From Tubulanus polymorphus (Eukaryota > Animalia > Nemertea): DNA of 64,000 nt. A program made the translations under genes and the position numbers. A model generated the notes under the pieces. It was not told where the DNA came from, did no database searches, and saw nothing but the letters and a program-made list of their open reading frames with translations. Of the stretch, positions 27,301 to 39,301 are shown in pieces (the first letter of the stretch is position 1; each line of letters begins with the position of its first letter). The stretch is from NCBI RefSeq assembly GCF_964204645.1, contig NC_134032.1, forward strand, positions 15,116,275 to 15,180,274. Reading direction: 5' to 3'.

Positions 27301-30300
27301 GATAGTAAACGCCACCTACACCGTGGCGCGTGATATTGCCGATGCGACTGTACCACACGCACACTACTCCCTGTGCCACAAATAACAAACTAATACAGAT
27401 AATCAGGTTCTAAAATGGATGCTTATTGCGAGCGTTGATAAAATGACTTCAATTAATGATGATGAAACAATCATTCCAGTCGTGCTAATATCAGACACGC
27501 GACGGGTGTGGCGAGACATGTGGTGCGGCGTGTGGCGGGGCATGTGGAGAGGCGTGTGGGGAGGCATGTGGCGCGTGTGGGGAGGCATGTGGCGCAGCGT
27601 GTGGGGACGGGTGTGGGGAGGGGTGTGGCGAGGCGTGTGGCGAGACATGTGGCGCGGCGTGTGGCGCAGCGTTTAGCGAGGCATGTGGGGAGACATGTGG
27701 CGGGGCGTGCGAGGAGGCATGTGGTGAGACATGTGGCGCGGCGTGTGGCGAGACATGTGGCGCAGCGTGTGGCGAGACATGTGGCGCGGCGTGGGGCAAG
27801 ACATGTGGCGAGGCGTTTAGCGAGGCATGTAGGGAGGTATGTGGGGAGACATGTGGCGCGGCGTGTGGCGAGACGTATGGTTCGGCGTGTAGCGAGGCGT
27901 GTGGGGAGGCATGTGGCGAGGCGTGTGGGGAGGTGTGTAGCGAGGCGTGTGGCGGGGCGTGTGGCGAGACATGTGGCGCGGCGTGTGGGGAGGCGTGTAG
28001 CGCAGCGTGTGGGGAGGCGTGTAGCGTGGCATGTGGGGAGGCGTGTGGGGAGGGGTGTGGGGAGGCGTTTAGCGAGGCGTGTGGGGAGGCATGTAGCGTG
28101 GCGTGTGGGGAGGCGTGTAGCGAGGCGTGTGGCGAGGCGTGTGGCGGGGCATGTGGGGAGGCGTGTAGCGCGGCGTGTGGGGAGGCGTGTAGCGTGGCAT
28201 GTGGGGAGGCGTGTGGGGAGGGGTGTGAGGTGGCGTTTAGCGAGGCGTGTGGAGAGGCATGTAGCGTGGCGTGTGGGGAGGCGTGCGGGGAGGCGTGTAG
28301 GGAGGCGCGCGGGGAGGCGTGTGGAGAGGGGTGTAGCGAGGCGTGATGCGCTTATACTCTAAAACATATATCAGTCATCTCTCTCCCTGGGGAGAAGTTA
28401 CACCGAGCTGCTAACAAGCGCTCAGGAGTTGCAGGTACCCATTTACTCCTGGGTGGAGAGAGGTGATGAGGATAAGTGTCTCGCGCGAGGACGCTACGGC
28501 AATGTACGGGGTTCGAATCAACGACCTGGATTCCCAGAGCCGCACCGCTCCACACAGAACACACACAGAAAACATCAAACTAGAATTATAACTTACCGGT
28601 CGTACGGGCGACAGCGGCACGGTAGAGTCAAGGTCAAATGTGGTGTTCTAGAAAAATAAAATGATTTTAAAGATTAAATCATGCATTTTCTCTGCCAGAA
28701 ACTGAATTCATCAAATCTATTAAATATTCCAGTGAGATGAATTGTAAAGAGCCCCCCGAGTATTAGGGTAATCAACAGACCCTCCACACAATTTGATGCA
28801 GTAAACCCGATTAAGGCGGTTTCTCTATTATTTGTCGTCATGCGTTGATATAGAATATTTTGTTTGTTACACAATATCCGGCCGGAACTAATAACCGAAT
28901 GCACTATAGTTCGGTCTTAACGTATTTCACGGTGTCGGCCATTTTGGAAATGGGTTGAAAACTACAGCGACCGGCGGCCGGGCAGCAGACACACTGATAG
29001 GTAACTTGTCGAATGTTCAGATTTTGGCAGCACGCGCTGAAGCTGCTCGTAATTCCCTTAGACACATAAGAGGGAATGGGAGTTTAGGATACTGACTGAT
29101 TGAAATATTTATACTTACGGGCGTCAGCCGCGGCGACTGCCTCCGATGAGGAGGAGCTCTACCCTAGAAACAACAATAATATAAACATAATTAGTCAAAT
29201 GCATTAAGGGTTGAATTTTCAAACATTTCTTATGCGATGTTTTTTATTTCAAAATCAAAATTTTATTTCAAAATTTGATGCACAATTTTTACATGATGTT
29301 AAATGTTCCTTAATAACACATACATTGGTGAAACAATGCGACATTTGGCCACAAGGGTAAAGGAGCATGGAACTTCGCCTTCAGCAATTAAGGAACATTT
29401 AACATCATGTAAAAATTGTGCGTCAAATTTTTCTTTAAAAAACAACTTTTCAATCGTTGATTCTGGAAAAAATGACTTTGAAATCACCATCAAAGAGGCA
29501 TTTTTTATTTCAACTTGTCGGTTTTAATCATTTTAAGCGAACAAAAAGTATTCCGGGATGGAATCCACGAATCAAGGTCCCCAGCGATGTGGCGCCGGTA
29601 TCGGGTCCCCAGCGATATGGCGCCCGTATCGGGTCCCCAGCGATATGGCGCCGGTATTGGGTCCCCAGCGATGTGGCGCCGCTATCGGGTCCCCAGCGAT
29701 GTGGCGCCCGTATCGGGTCCCCAGCGATATGGCGCCCGTATCGGGTCCCCAGCGATATGGCGCCCGTATCGGGTCCCCAGCGATGTGGCGCCCGTATCGG
29801 GTCCCCAGCGATGTGGCGCCCGTATCGGGTCCCCAGCGATGAGGGGCTTTTTCAGTTTCTTCATTTAATTAATTAGATCTCTGTTATTTCAACAAGAATC
29901 GTTTAGAGACCATTTATTTATTTGAGCATCTTTAAATTGTTCAATCAATGGAGCCTTGGATCCAGCCAGATTAAAAACCGACCCCTTACATACTCATCAA
30001 CCTAACAGGTGCAACAAACAGTAAAGGTTTTCAATATAAGGGATCGTTCAATTCTCCGTGCCTTGTTCTTAACCCTCCTACTCCTGTACGCACACGCATT
30101 ACAATAATGATTTTTACTTATATAAATGGTGGCTTTTATTGTTTAGAGCCGACCCTGATATGAGTATAAACAGTAACGAGGGGACTAGAGATACCGTACC
30201 CACTTGGGAAGTGGTCGCAAATACTCAACAATCTGACAATCTTTAAATTCAACGCCCCCTGGTGAATAATAAACCAAAGATATTGAAAATCAATAAAACC

Positions 30301-32342
30301 ATAGAAAAACTTTGCAATTGAATGCGATAACTATATATACAGAGACATCCAAACATAAATGGAAATGAATATTAAGATGATAGCTGCATCAAAAATGACT
30401 GATCCAAAAACCTGTTCGATGATGTTTCAAAAAACTATAGAAACAATGGAACCATTTGAATAGCGGTAACGAGCTGTCAGGGGACGAGGGTAACGAGCTG
30501 TCAAGGGTAACGAGCTGTCAGGGGACGAGTGTAACGAGCTGTCAGGGGACGAGGGTAACGAGCTGTCAGGGGACGAGGGTAACGAGCTGTCAGGGAACGA
30601 GGGTAATGAGCTGTCAGGGAATGAGGGTAACGAGCTGTCAGGGGACGAGGGTAACGAGCTGTCAGGGGACAAGGGTAACGAGCTGTCAGGGGACGAGGGT
30701 AACAGCTGTCAGGGGACGGCAGTAATGAGCTGTCACGGGACGAGGGTAATGAGCTGTCAGGGAACGAGGGTAACAGCTGTCAGGGGACGAGGGTAAAAGC
30801 TGTCAGGGGACGGCAGTAATGAGCTGTCACGGGACGAGGGTAACAGCTGTCAGGGGACGGCAGTAATGAGCTGTCACGGGATTTCCTAAGAAAACTAGAT
30901 TTTATCTACAGACTGACGAAAAGTGAACGCAATAGCGCAATAACTTAAGTCCCAAGTGGGATAAAAAAAGCATGAATTAGTTTGGACTTAAATGCAAGAT
31001 GTTTGTTTAATCACTTACAGCTGACGGTCCTGGTATTGGTGACAAATTCTGTAAAGATAAAATAAAACAAAATATTAGATGGATATTCATGAATACATGT
31101 ATCACTGATTCTTCAGTAGTTTTATAACCAATCTAAAAATTCAACACCAGTCTAAACTCATTTTAGTTCTATAACCAATCTAACAACTTTAGACCAGTCT
31201 AAGCTCATTTTAGTTCTATAACCAATCTAACAACTTAAGACCAGTCTAAATTCATTTTAGTTCTATAACCAATCTAACAACTTAAGACCAGTCTGAACTC
31301 ATTTTAGTTCTATAGCCAATCTAAAAATTCAACACCAGTCAAAACTCATTGTAGTTCTATAACCAATCTAACAACTTAAGACCAGTCTAAACACATTTTA
31401 GTTCTATAAACAGAGAGAACACATGTAGTTGTTACTTACAGGTGTCGGCGGCGGCGGTGGCGCCACTTGTCCCGGCGTCGGAGGTACGATCTGTAAGTAC
31501 AATCAAAAATACACAATTTAAAACAAGAACTGATTTTAGTTTTAAGGTTGGAGGGAAGTCGATCAGTTTTGGGGTTGGAGGGAAGTCTATCAGTTTTGGG
31601 GTTGGAGGGAAGTCTATCAGTTTTGGGGTTGGAGGGAAGTCTATCAGTTTTGGGGTTGGAGGGAAGTCTATCAGTTTTGGGGTTGGAGGGAAGTCTATCA
31701 GTTTTTTTGTTGATTGTATTTATTTCTGGAGTAGCAGCAGAAACATGGTTCAAAGTTCCCCCTCCCCCCAGCTGCTTCAGACTCACTACATGTGTTTATT
31801 GTAGTTATAACTTACCGACTCGCCGAGTTGTTGTTGCTGCTGTTGCTGCTGCTGTTGATGCTGGAAAAGAAAAAAAAAATATTCATGCAATGACAATTGA
31901 GCTTTAGTGATAATTATGATAGATATAGATATAGGAAGGACACAGCTGTGAAATTACACTTTAAAATACGATAAATGTATCGCCATGGGAACGACCAATA
32001 ATCGGTGCCAAATATCGTTATTTAAATGTTACCATGGTTACTATAAATAAAAACCAGTTCACGATAGCATTTTTCACAGAACAAATTTGCTCAATCGACC
32101 TCAAATTCAATTCAAATACCGTTTTATTCAAAACGTTACCAAATTCGTTCATGTTTATCATTGGTCTCATTAACGGTGTTATTTAACAGAACACTTTGAC
32201 TCTACCTGTTTTTACACTTGTTTTCTAACATAGTATGAATAAATTAGCATGAAAGCAGTAAATTTGAACTTACCGAAGGACTTGACGTAAGCGGGCCGGG
32301 CCGCCCGTGCCCACGAACCGATTTTTTGTTGGTTTTCGGCAT
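19323..32342 (-). CDS. 10-exon gene for an uncharacterised 347-aa Pro/Ser-rich basic protein (source-like copy A of the local gene family)
   Basis: Coding exons read on the minus strand: 32342-32274 (MPKTNKKSVRGHGRPGPLTSSPS), 31860-31816 (HQ10LGES), 31490-31440 (IVPPTPGQVAPPPPPTP), 31048-31019 (NLSPIPGPSA), 29163-29119 (GRAPPHRRQSPRLTP), 28647-28597 (NTTFDLDSTVPLSPVRP), 26029-25969 (SFDDSGPLLPPETPPALQAR, ends phase 1), 21118-21053 (TLAFRIRRAFRREEFVSLFLPE, phase 1-1), 20629-20397 (FIDILQECPF...EGDLTE, phase 1-0), 19715-19323 (TRPPPKKTRTKRKRK...LKNILSVKGY*). All donors are GTAAG, acceptors are pyrimidine-rich and end in YAG, and the exons sum to 1044 nt with no internal stop. An AG lies just before the ATG, so an upstream non-coding exon is likely. 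Confidence 0.8.
20397..20629 (-). CDS. Exon 9 of copy A (233 nt, Pro-rich)
   Basis: GC-rich open frame (ORF track 20328..20681) bounded by a ttttacag acceptor and a GAG|gtaaga donor; phases fit both neighbouring exons. Confidence 0.75.
21575..23521. repeat. ~76-bp AT-rich satellite x~25 (intron 7)
   Basis: ATCAGAGCATCAGAAAATTCACTATTTTT recurs every ~75-79 bp. Confidence 0.93.
24508..25392. repeat. 28/29-bp minisatellite x~31 (intron 7)
   Basis: Unit AGCTATAAAGCTAAAGCTAGGGGCACAC(G). Confidence 0.93.
26168..27332. repeat. 44-bp minisatellite x~26 (intron 6)
   Basis: Unit GCCACCTACACCGTGGCGCGTGTTATCTATAACTGATAGTAAAC. Confidence 0.95.
27500..28345. repeat. G-rich degenerate 12-bp repeat (intron 6)
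   Basis: Unit approximately GCGTGTGGSGAG. Confidence 0.9.
28349..28552 (-). mobile_element. tRNA-derived SINE (5' end truncated or degenerate)
   Basis: The minus strand has a B-box-like GATTCGAACCC followed by CTCTCTCCACCCAGGAGTAAATGGGTACC, a central-domain motif typical of widespread invertebrate SINE2 families. Confidence 0.7.
29310..29515 (+). mobile_element. Penelope-like retroelement fragment (GIY-YIG endonuclease, C-terminal half)
   Basis: The translation YIGETMRHLATRVKEH..SAIKEHL..C....FSIVD.....ITIKEAFFI matches the PLE GIY-YIG pattern YIGxTxRxLxxRxxEH...EA(L/F)xI; no reverse transcriptase is present. Confidence 0.85.
29576..29841. repeat. 28-bp GC-rich minisatellite x~9.5 (intron 4)
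   Basis: Unit GGGTCCCCAGCGATRTGGCGCCCGTATC. Confidence 0.92.
30466..30880. repeat. 24-bp minisatellite (intron 4)
   Basis: Unit GTAACGAGCTGTCAGGGGACGAGG. Confidence 0.9.
31118..31408. repeat. 47-bp minisatellite x~6 (intron 3)
   Basis: Unit TTCTATAACCAATCTAACAACTTAAGACCAGTCTAAACTCATTTTAG. Confidence 0.88.
31546..31704. repeat. 27-bp minisatellite x~6 (intron 2)
   Basis: Unit GGTTGGAGGGAAGTCTATCAGTTTTGG. Confidence 0.9.
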
Positions 32343-33027
32343 AATCTAGAAAAATAAATAAATAAAACAATTAAATCATATGAAAATATCAGACATGAAT
32401 CATGCACAGTTTAGTCAATTATTCCTGTATATGGTTCACTCAGTAGAGTACTGAACATAAAGTAACTAATAAACAGGTGAATCTAGTAACAATCGCTCAA
32501 CAGAATGTAGAGTACAAGTCAGACACCTCGGCTACTAATGGATTTCTCTTCAAAAATGTAAATTAAGCTATTTCAATCACATGGTTGACCATTTCCCGAC
32601 TTAAGCTCCCACTAACTGACAATCGGTTCCACATGTCGACTATCTGTAACCCATGATTTATCTGATTATATCAAAAATTGATGCTACTTAACCTTGGCCT
32701 GACTCAAAAATGGCGTTGGAACAGCAGCAGCGAAACCACGCCAATAATTTAGTAAATGACCTTTTTTTCTGTTCTATACTGTTTTTGAAAATTGAAGTAA
32801 ATTCACTGCAGCATAGAACCTGTCAAAAATCAGCAATTTGCTGCGACAATCAAAAATTGCTTCAGTGGCGTTGGAAGTGTAGAGACTGCAGCGGCGATAA
32901 TTAACTGAATCACGTTTGTTTTTCTTTGAATACCACATTTTTGAAGAAATTAAGTAAATTTGCCGCAGCAATATTTAGAACCTGTCCAAAATCGGCGTTT
33001 GGCTGCGGCAATAAAAAATTGCTTCCA

Positions 33028-33094
33028 ACACCCCTGCTCAATATGGCCGCCAATTTGACCTTGACTTCACTGTAAATATGGCCGCCGGCTAGGA
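33028..33094 (-). promoter_or_regulatory. Putative upstream/promoter block of the gene family with paired GGCGGCCAT (YY1/Pho-like) motifs
   Basis: Two AATATGGCCGCC copies ~700 bp upstream of the ATG; the reverse complement is retained upstream of exon 1 in every array unit (e.g. 42618-42684). Confidence 0.4.
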
Positions 33095-33862
33095 AAAATT
33101 TTCCACCAGCAAAAATGCATTAAAATGATAAATCTTGACCGATGTTTATGTGATATCTAATAATTACTAACTGGAGCTAGGAACTGATCTGATGTGTTTA
33201 TCATCAGTTTATCATTCACTAAGGCCTTCAATACATGTGTATAATATTTACGCTGATTTAACGAAAAGTTGAAAAGTTGTTGCACTCACTTTAATGTCTG
33301 TGAAACGAATGATTCGATCAACTGACCGCTGGTCATCGTTCAGTGACCCGCACCATCCTCAACCAATCAACAGGCGTCTTCGTGCATTTCATATTCAAAT
33401 AAGCTCCGCCTCCACGATTCAAACCATATATTCAACGCAAAATAAGGCTAATGTTGAGATGAGTTCGTGTTCATGCACAAAACGGAAGTAATACCGAAAA
33501 AAAAAGGCAGCTTCTGAATCGAGGAGGGTTCTTCAGGTAGTTCAACTGAACTAACCATCTCGCATAAATCGGTGTTCATTGATTTAAAAACCGATATTAA
33601 AGTTTGAATCAGAATTATTACTGATATATTCTAAATGTGATTGTAAATGTTATGAAATAATTCAAAATATAATGTAAAATGATTATTTCCGGTCATTATT
33701 TTTCAGCAATGAATTTTCAATGTAGACTCTGCTGCACGAGGAGTACTCCGACTCACTTACCAGGCAACGGAATAACGCCAGTCTGGAGTTCGCCTGCCAG
33801 GGTATGGAACAGCGGCCGCGGGCGATTTGACAGACCCCGGTATGATCCTAATGCGGCAAGCA

Positions 33863-33971
33863 GGACCCAGCTCCACAATCGTGAGTTAGAGTTAACTCTG
33901 GGTTAAAATTAGTTCATTCCAATGACTTAACTCTGAGTCAAATCTTCACTCACAACTGTGGAACTGGGTCC
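33863..33971. mobile_element. ~110-bp MITE with GGACCCAGYTCCACA / TGTGGAACTGGGTCC termini (Harbinger-like)
   Basis: Terminal inverted repeats, internal gagttaactc palindrome, CAG/CGG flanks. Confidence 0.6.
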
Positions 33972-35599
33972 GGCAGTATAAGTTAGTTCACAGATTTACC
34001 GCTATTGATTAGTATTGGGGCAGCACCCGACGGTCAAGAATTGACGAACTGATACACCTCAACATCTTACTGTGGCATGCGAGGTTCAACACAATAGTAT
34101 TCCAGTACTAGTTTTACCTCGAAAGTTAATCAAAGTATCACCATCAATCAAACTCATACTTTGATTAAGAGCTGTAGAACTTTATCGCTTACGAAATAAG
34201 CATATTGTATACAGAAATGCTTGTTATCGATGGAATATTCTAAATTCCCGAAAAAATACAATTATGCAAAATCGTTCAATAAAATTTGTTTTAAAAGAGT
34301 TGAATCCGTTTTCTATTTCTTCAATCATTTCCAGAAGGTCGAGATGCACAGTGTGGGTCATGATAAGACTTGTCTGTCTTAAAGTTGTTACGATTTGCTA
34401 GTGAACTTTAAGATGGTCTAAAAGAGACTGGTCTTAATTACATGAATGAGTGAATTCCACCATTCTCGGCTAAGAGTAATAAGATGTGAGCTCAGATGAA
34501 TCCCACAGAAAACATTACAACCAGAAAAAACAACTTTAAAATGAAGAAGCAATGTATATGATTGACAAACTAGTTTTATTAGAAGGCTTAAGTTGAATCA
34601 CATTTTTTTAAAAGACATGATCATGTACTATAAACATTACAGAAAATGATTTCAAAGTATGTTATAGACTTAACATTAGACAACTATAAATTAACTTTTG
34701 CTAAAAAAAAAATATTTACATTTTGATTTATTTCAGAAATGAACAACAATTTCTCAATAAAAATGACATTAATTTTAGAAGATGACTACACAATTTGTTT
34801 ATTTGTTTAGAAAAACTGGTATAAAATCGACACAAATCATGTCCAGAAACAAAACAGTTAAACCTCCTTAAGTCATTCTAGTTGTGGCAATCATTGTTTC
34901 AACAACTTATCTGAATCGCAAATAAAATTGGGCGCCAAAAATAGAGATGACTTCAGTAATGTGACAACTTATCCAAATGATGACTTACACTTAGTGAATA
35001 GAATTAGAAATACAAATTGTGACTCAAAAATAGAGATGACTTCAGTAATGTGACAATTCAATCAAGTTTGATTTTATAACATAAATTGTGAATGATTATG
35101 TTCAGGTTTTGCTCTGAATAGTTTTGTTGTATCATACTGAATATTGTCCCTTAATGAAATATCACCCACAAAGTCTCATCCACTTTCGGAATATTGTCCA
35201 TTTCTTTGATGTATATCTTCATTTCTCTTTCATTTGAGTTATTAACATTTCCCTGAAAATACATTAAAATTGAAAATATCACTGCAGCTGTATCTTACGA
35301 GAATAAAACTTGCATGAACTAGAAACATTTGGTTTCAGTCTCTGGGTCCAGTTTCACAAAATGAAACAAATAACTTCTAAGAGTTAGACTTTTTAGAGAA
35401 TTCGAACCCAGGGCCCTAATTCACAAAACAAAGGAAAACTCTAAATTCTGTTTAATTTCGTCAATTCCTTTCTGTGAAACTTTGCCCAGTTTTAAGGTAG
35501 ATATTGTTATCAGAGCACATTGTAAATACCTTTTGAGTAGCGGATGTAAATATTCTCAGACGGATTGGTTCCATTAAACGCACCCAGCATAGCACAGAC

Positions 35600-36147
35600 T
35601 CAATGCTGATTTCATCCCAGTATCAATGCTGATTTCATCCCAGTATCAATGCTGATTTCATCCCAGTATCAATGCTGATTTCATCCCAGTCTCAATGCTG
35701 ATTTCATCCCAGTATCAATGCTGATTTCATCCCAGTCTCAATGCTGATTTCATCCCAGTATCAATGCTGATTTCATCCCAGTATCAATGCTGATTTCATC
35801 CCAGTATCAATGCTGATTTCATCCCAGTATCAATGCTGATTTCATCCCAGTATCAATGCTGATTTCATCCCAGTATCAATGCTGATTTCATCCCAGTATC
35901 AATGCTGATTTCATCCCAGTATCAATGCTGATTTAATCCCAGTCTCAATGCTGATTTAATCCAAGTATCAATGCTGATTTAATCCCAGTATCAATGCTGA
36001 TTTCATCCCAGTATCAATGCTGATTTCATCCCAGTATCAATGCTGATTTCATCCCAGTATCAATGCTGATTTAATCCCAGTCTCAATGCTGATTTAATCC
36101 CAGTATCAATGCTGATTTAATCCCAGTATCAATGCTGATTTCATCCC
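35600..36147. repeat. 23-bp minisatellite x~24
   Basis: Unit TCAATGCTGATTTCATCCCAGTA. Confidence 0.95.
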
Positions 36148-37109
36148 TGTGTCACTAAAATTAGAATAATGAAATCACAGATGATGAAAATATACAATTA
36201 AGAGAAGAACAGACATTATCTGTAATAAATGAAAGATGTGACCCGAGCTAGTAACAGCAACGGTTAGCAGACCAGTGGAGAATAAGACACACAGGGGTAC
36301 CACTAAATCAGGGAAAATAGGCCTCAGTCAGTGAGAGCCGTGCCTCTTTGTTTTCAGTTCTGCAGAGATTTCAGCTTTTGGAAATATGTCAAGAACTATG
36401 TATGAGTGGACTGACGGATCGTCTCTCGATCTGCATGCATAAACCACCTACATCCAGTCCGAAAGGAAAAAGGACAAATGACAACAAGGCAAAGTGGTGC
36501 AAAAAATACAGACTGCAGTAGTGAGGTGGTTATGGTGCGGGGGGGGGGGGTTGTTTGCAATCATACAGATCCTGGATCGATCGCCCAAAGAGCTCTCGAT
36601 CTGCGTGCTTAAAATACCTCTCAATCCAGTCCAAATGACAAGTAGTGAAGTAGTGCAGAAAATAATATGACCTTAGCAACAAGAAGGTGGTTATGGTGTT
36701 GGGGGGGGGGTTGGGGGTAAAGTTGCTCATGCTGCAGCTACCAACAAACTTCTCAAATCGGAAATGACTTTTAAAACGCAGGAACAAATAATCAGTATGG
36801 ATGTACAATCTGTAGATGGACTGTCCTTAGAGATCCACATATCCAATAATAGTATGGAATGAATATTCTCTATTTCTACACAGTTCACCAGTGCAGTCGT
36901 CATTCAGGAATTTTATATTTTCTCCACTTGAAAAAAAAGTGTTAAGCTAGAGATGAAGCTGCCAGTCACGAAGCAACTCTTAACTGAAAGCACAATGTGG
37001 GACTGCTCCTGCCAACATTCTGAGCAGTCCTCAGCGCGTCTCCTGGAGCTCCACCATCGTGATGACCAACCACCAAACTAAAACAACCAGGTACATCAGA
37101 TGATCTGGT

Positions 37110-37840
37110 GGGGCTATACGGGCAATAACACAGCAGGACCTCGCCCGGGGCTATACGGGCAATAACACAGCAGGACCTCGCCCCGGGGCTATACGGGCAA
37201 TAACACAGCAGGACCTCGCCCAGGGCTATACGGGCAATAACACAGCAGGACCTCGCCCCGGGGCTATACGGGCAATAACACAGCAGGACCTCGCCCCGGG
37301 GCTATACGGGCAATAACACAGCAGGACCTCGCCCCGGGGCTAAACGGGCAATAACACAGCAGGACCTCGCCCCGGGGCTATACCGGCAATAACACAGCAG
37401 GACCTCGCCCCGGGGCTATACGGGCAATAACACAGCAGGACCTCGCCCCGGGGCTATACGGGCAATAACACAGCAGGACCTCGCCCCGGGGCTATACGGG
37501 AAATAACACAGCAGGACCTCGCCCCGGGGCTATACGGGCAATAACACAGCAGGACCTCACCCCGGGGCTATACGGGCAATAACACAGCAGGACCTCGCGC
37601 CGGGGGTATACGGGCAATAACACAGCAGGATCTCGCCCCGGGGGTATACGGGCAATAACACAGCAGGACCTCGCCCCGGGGGTATACAGGCAATAACACA
37701 GCAGGATCTCGCCCCGGGGCTATACGGGCAATAACACAGCAGGACCTCGCCCCGGGGGTATACGGGCAATAACACAGCAGGACCTCGCCCCGGGGCTATA
37801 CGGGCAATAACACAGCAGGACCTCGCCCCGGGGCTATACG
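37110..37840. repeat. 38-bp GC-rich minisatellite x~19
   Basis: Unit GGGCTATACGGGCAATAACACAGCAGGACCTCGCCCCG. Confidence 0.95.
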
Positions 37841-38445
37841 ACCACACCCTGTATACCGAGCATTGATTGACCAAATCAACGATATGGTTTGAATCTGGTT
37901 AGAGTATGAAATGCACGAAGACGCGTGTTGATTGGTTGAGGCTGGTGTGGGTCACTGACCGGTGACAAGCGGTCAGCTGATCGAGTGAGTGCAACAACTT
38001 TTCAACTTTTCGTTAAATCAGCGTAAATATTATACACATGTATTGAAGGCCTTAGTGAATGATAAACTGATGATAAACACATCAGATCAGTTCCTAGCTC
38101 CAGTTAGTAATTATTAGATTAATACTAGCAGTTCCGTATCTAAATAAGAAATCAATCAGTCTTGTACTGTCACATTTCTACTTGACAATCGTCTAGTTAG
38201 ATAATTATCATAATATTCTATATCAACGCATGACAACTAATAATAGAGAAACCTCTCTAATCGGGTTTACTGCATCAAATTGTGTGGAGTATTTTAAACA
38301 GGGTCCTGAAGGGTCTGTTGATTACCCTAATCCTCAGAGGGCTCTTAACAGTTCATCTCACTGAAATATTTAATAGATTTGATGAATTCAGTTTGTCGCA
38401 GTGAAAATGCATGATTTAATCTTTAAAATCATTTTATTTTTCTAG

Positions 38446-39301
38446 AACACGACATTAGACTCTACTATACCGCTGTCGCCCGTACGACCGGTAAGTTATA
38501 ATTCTAGTTTGATGTTTTTCAGTACTGTAAGATGACAATGATGTATATCCCAAATAAATGTCTCATATTCGTGATCCTTAATAATTTTTCTTTTCATTTC
38601 AGCTGAAACTATAGCCAATGAATTGGCAAAGCAACAAGGAGAGTCTGAACAAGGCTACGAGGCAGCTACCCAACTTTGGGAAACAGTTATCAGCTGCACC
38701 AAAACGATAAATCCCACGCTGTCTCAACAGCCTGAGGAGCCAGCTCCACTAACCCCTGAGTTGGCTCCTTCGCAGGTGGTGGACCCTGTTTCGCCGGTGC
38801 AGGTGTTTATAGGTGTTTATTTGTTGAATCGCTGGTTTTCTCATTTTGATTTTTAATACTGATATTTAATTCTATGCTAAACAAATTTTTTATTTTTTCT
38901 CTTTACAGACACGACCACCGCCTAAAAAAACCAGATCAAAACGAAAAAGAAAAGTTGCGGTCGTCGTGGCTCCTCAGGGAGGGGAGGCAAGAGTAGCCCC
39001 TGCGGATGGTGCGGCTGACGAAGGTAATCGGGAGGAAGGGGAGGGGATAAATAGGAAGCGGCCGAGGAGGGATGGTGGTGGGGCTGGGGATGGTGCGGGT
39101 CCTGCTCCTCCTGCTCCTCCATCCGTATCTCGGGCAGTCACTCGTTCACTCGCCAAAAAGCTGGCGAGTGAACGAGTGGCCCGAGAGGTAGAGGTGGTGG
39201 CCCGGCATACGGATGGAATGTGGGAGGAGCGGCTGCGTTCTGGGACAATTCCGGATTTGTTGACTGATTTGAAAAATATTCTTTCAGTGAAGGGATATTA
39301 G
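38446..39301 (+). pseudogene. 5'-truncated inverted paralog of copy A: exon-6 homolog 38446-38490, alternative exon 38603-38802, full terminal exon 38909-39301
   Basis: Reverse-complement similarity to intron 5/exon 6 and to the terminal exon, 3' hairpin and 38-bp satellite of copy A; no exon 1-5 homologs are visible upstream. Confidence 0.7.

Noticed and set aside
27403-28362. 284-aa Arg-rich protamine-like ORF and overlapping ORFs
   Set aside because: Product of a stop-poor 12-bp G-rich repeat inside intron 6 of the minus-strand gene.
19323-32342. CenH3/histone variant or HMGA identity for the reconstructed protein
   Set aside because: No histone fold is visible in any exon, and only a single imperfect RGRP occurs in some copies.
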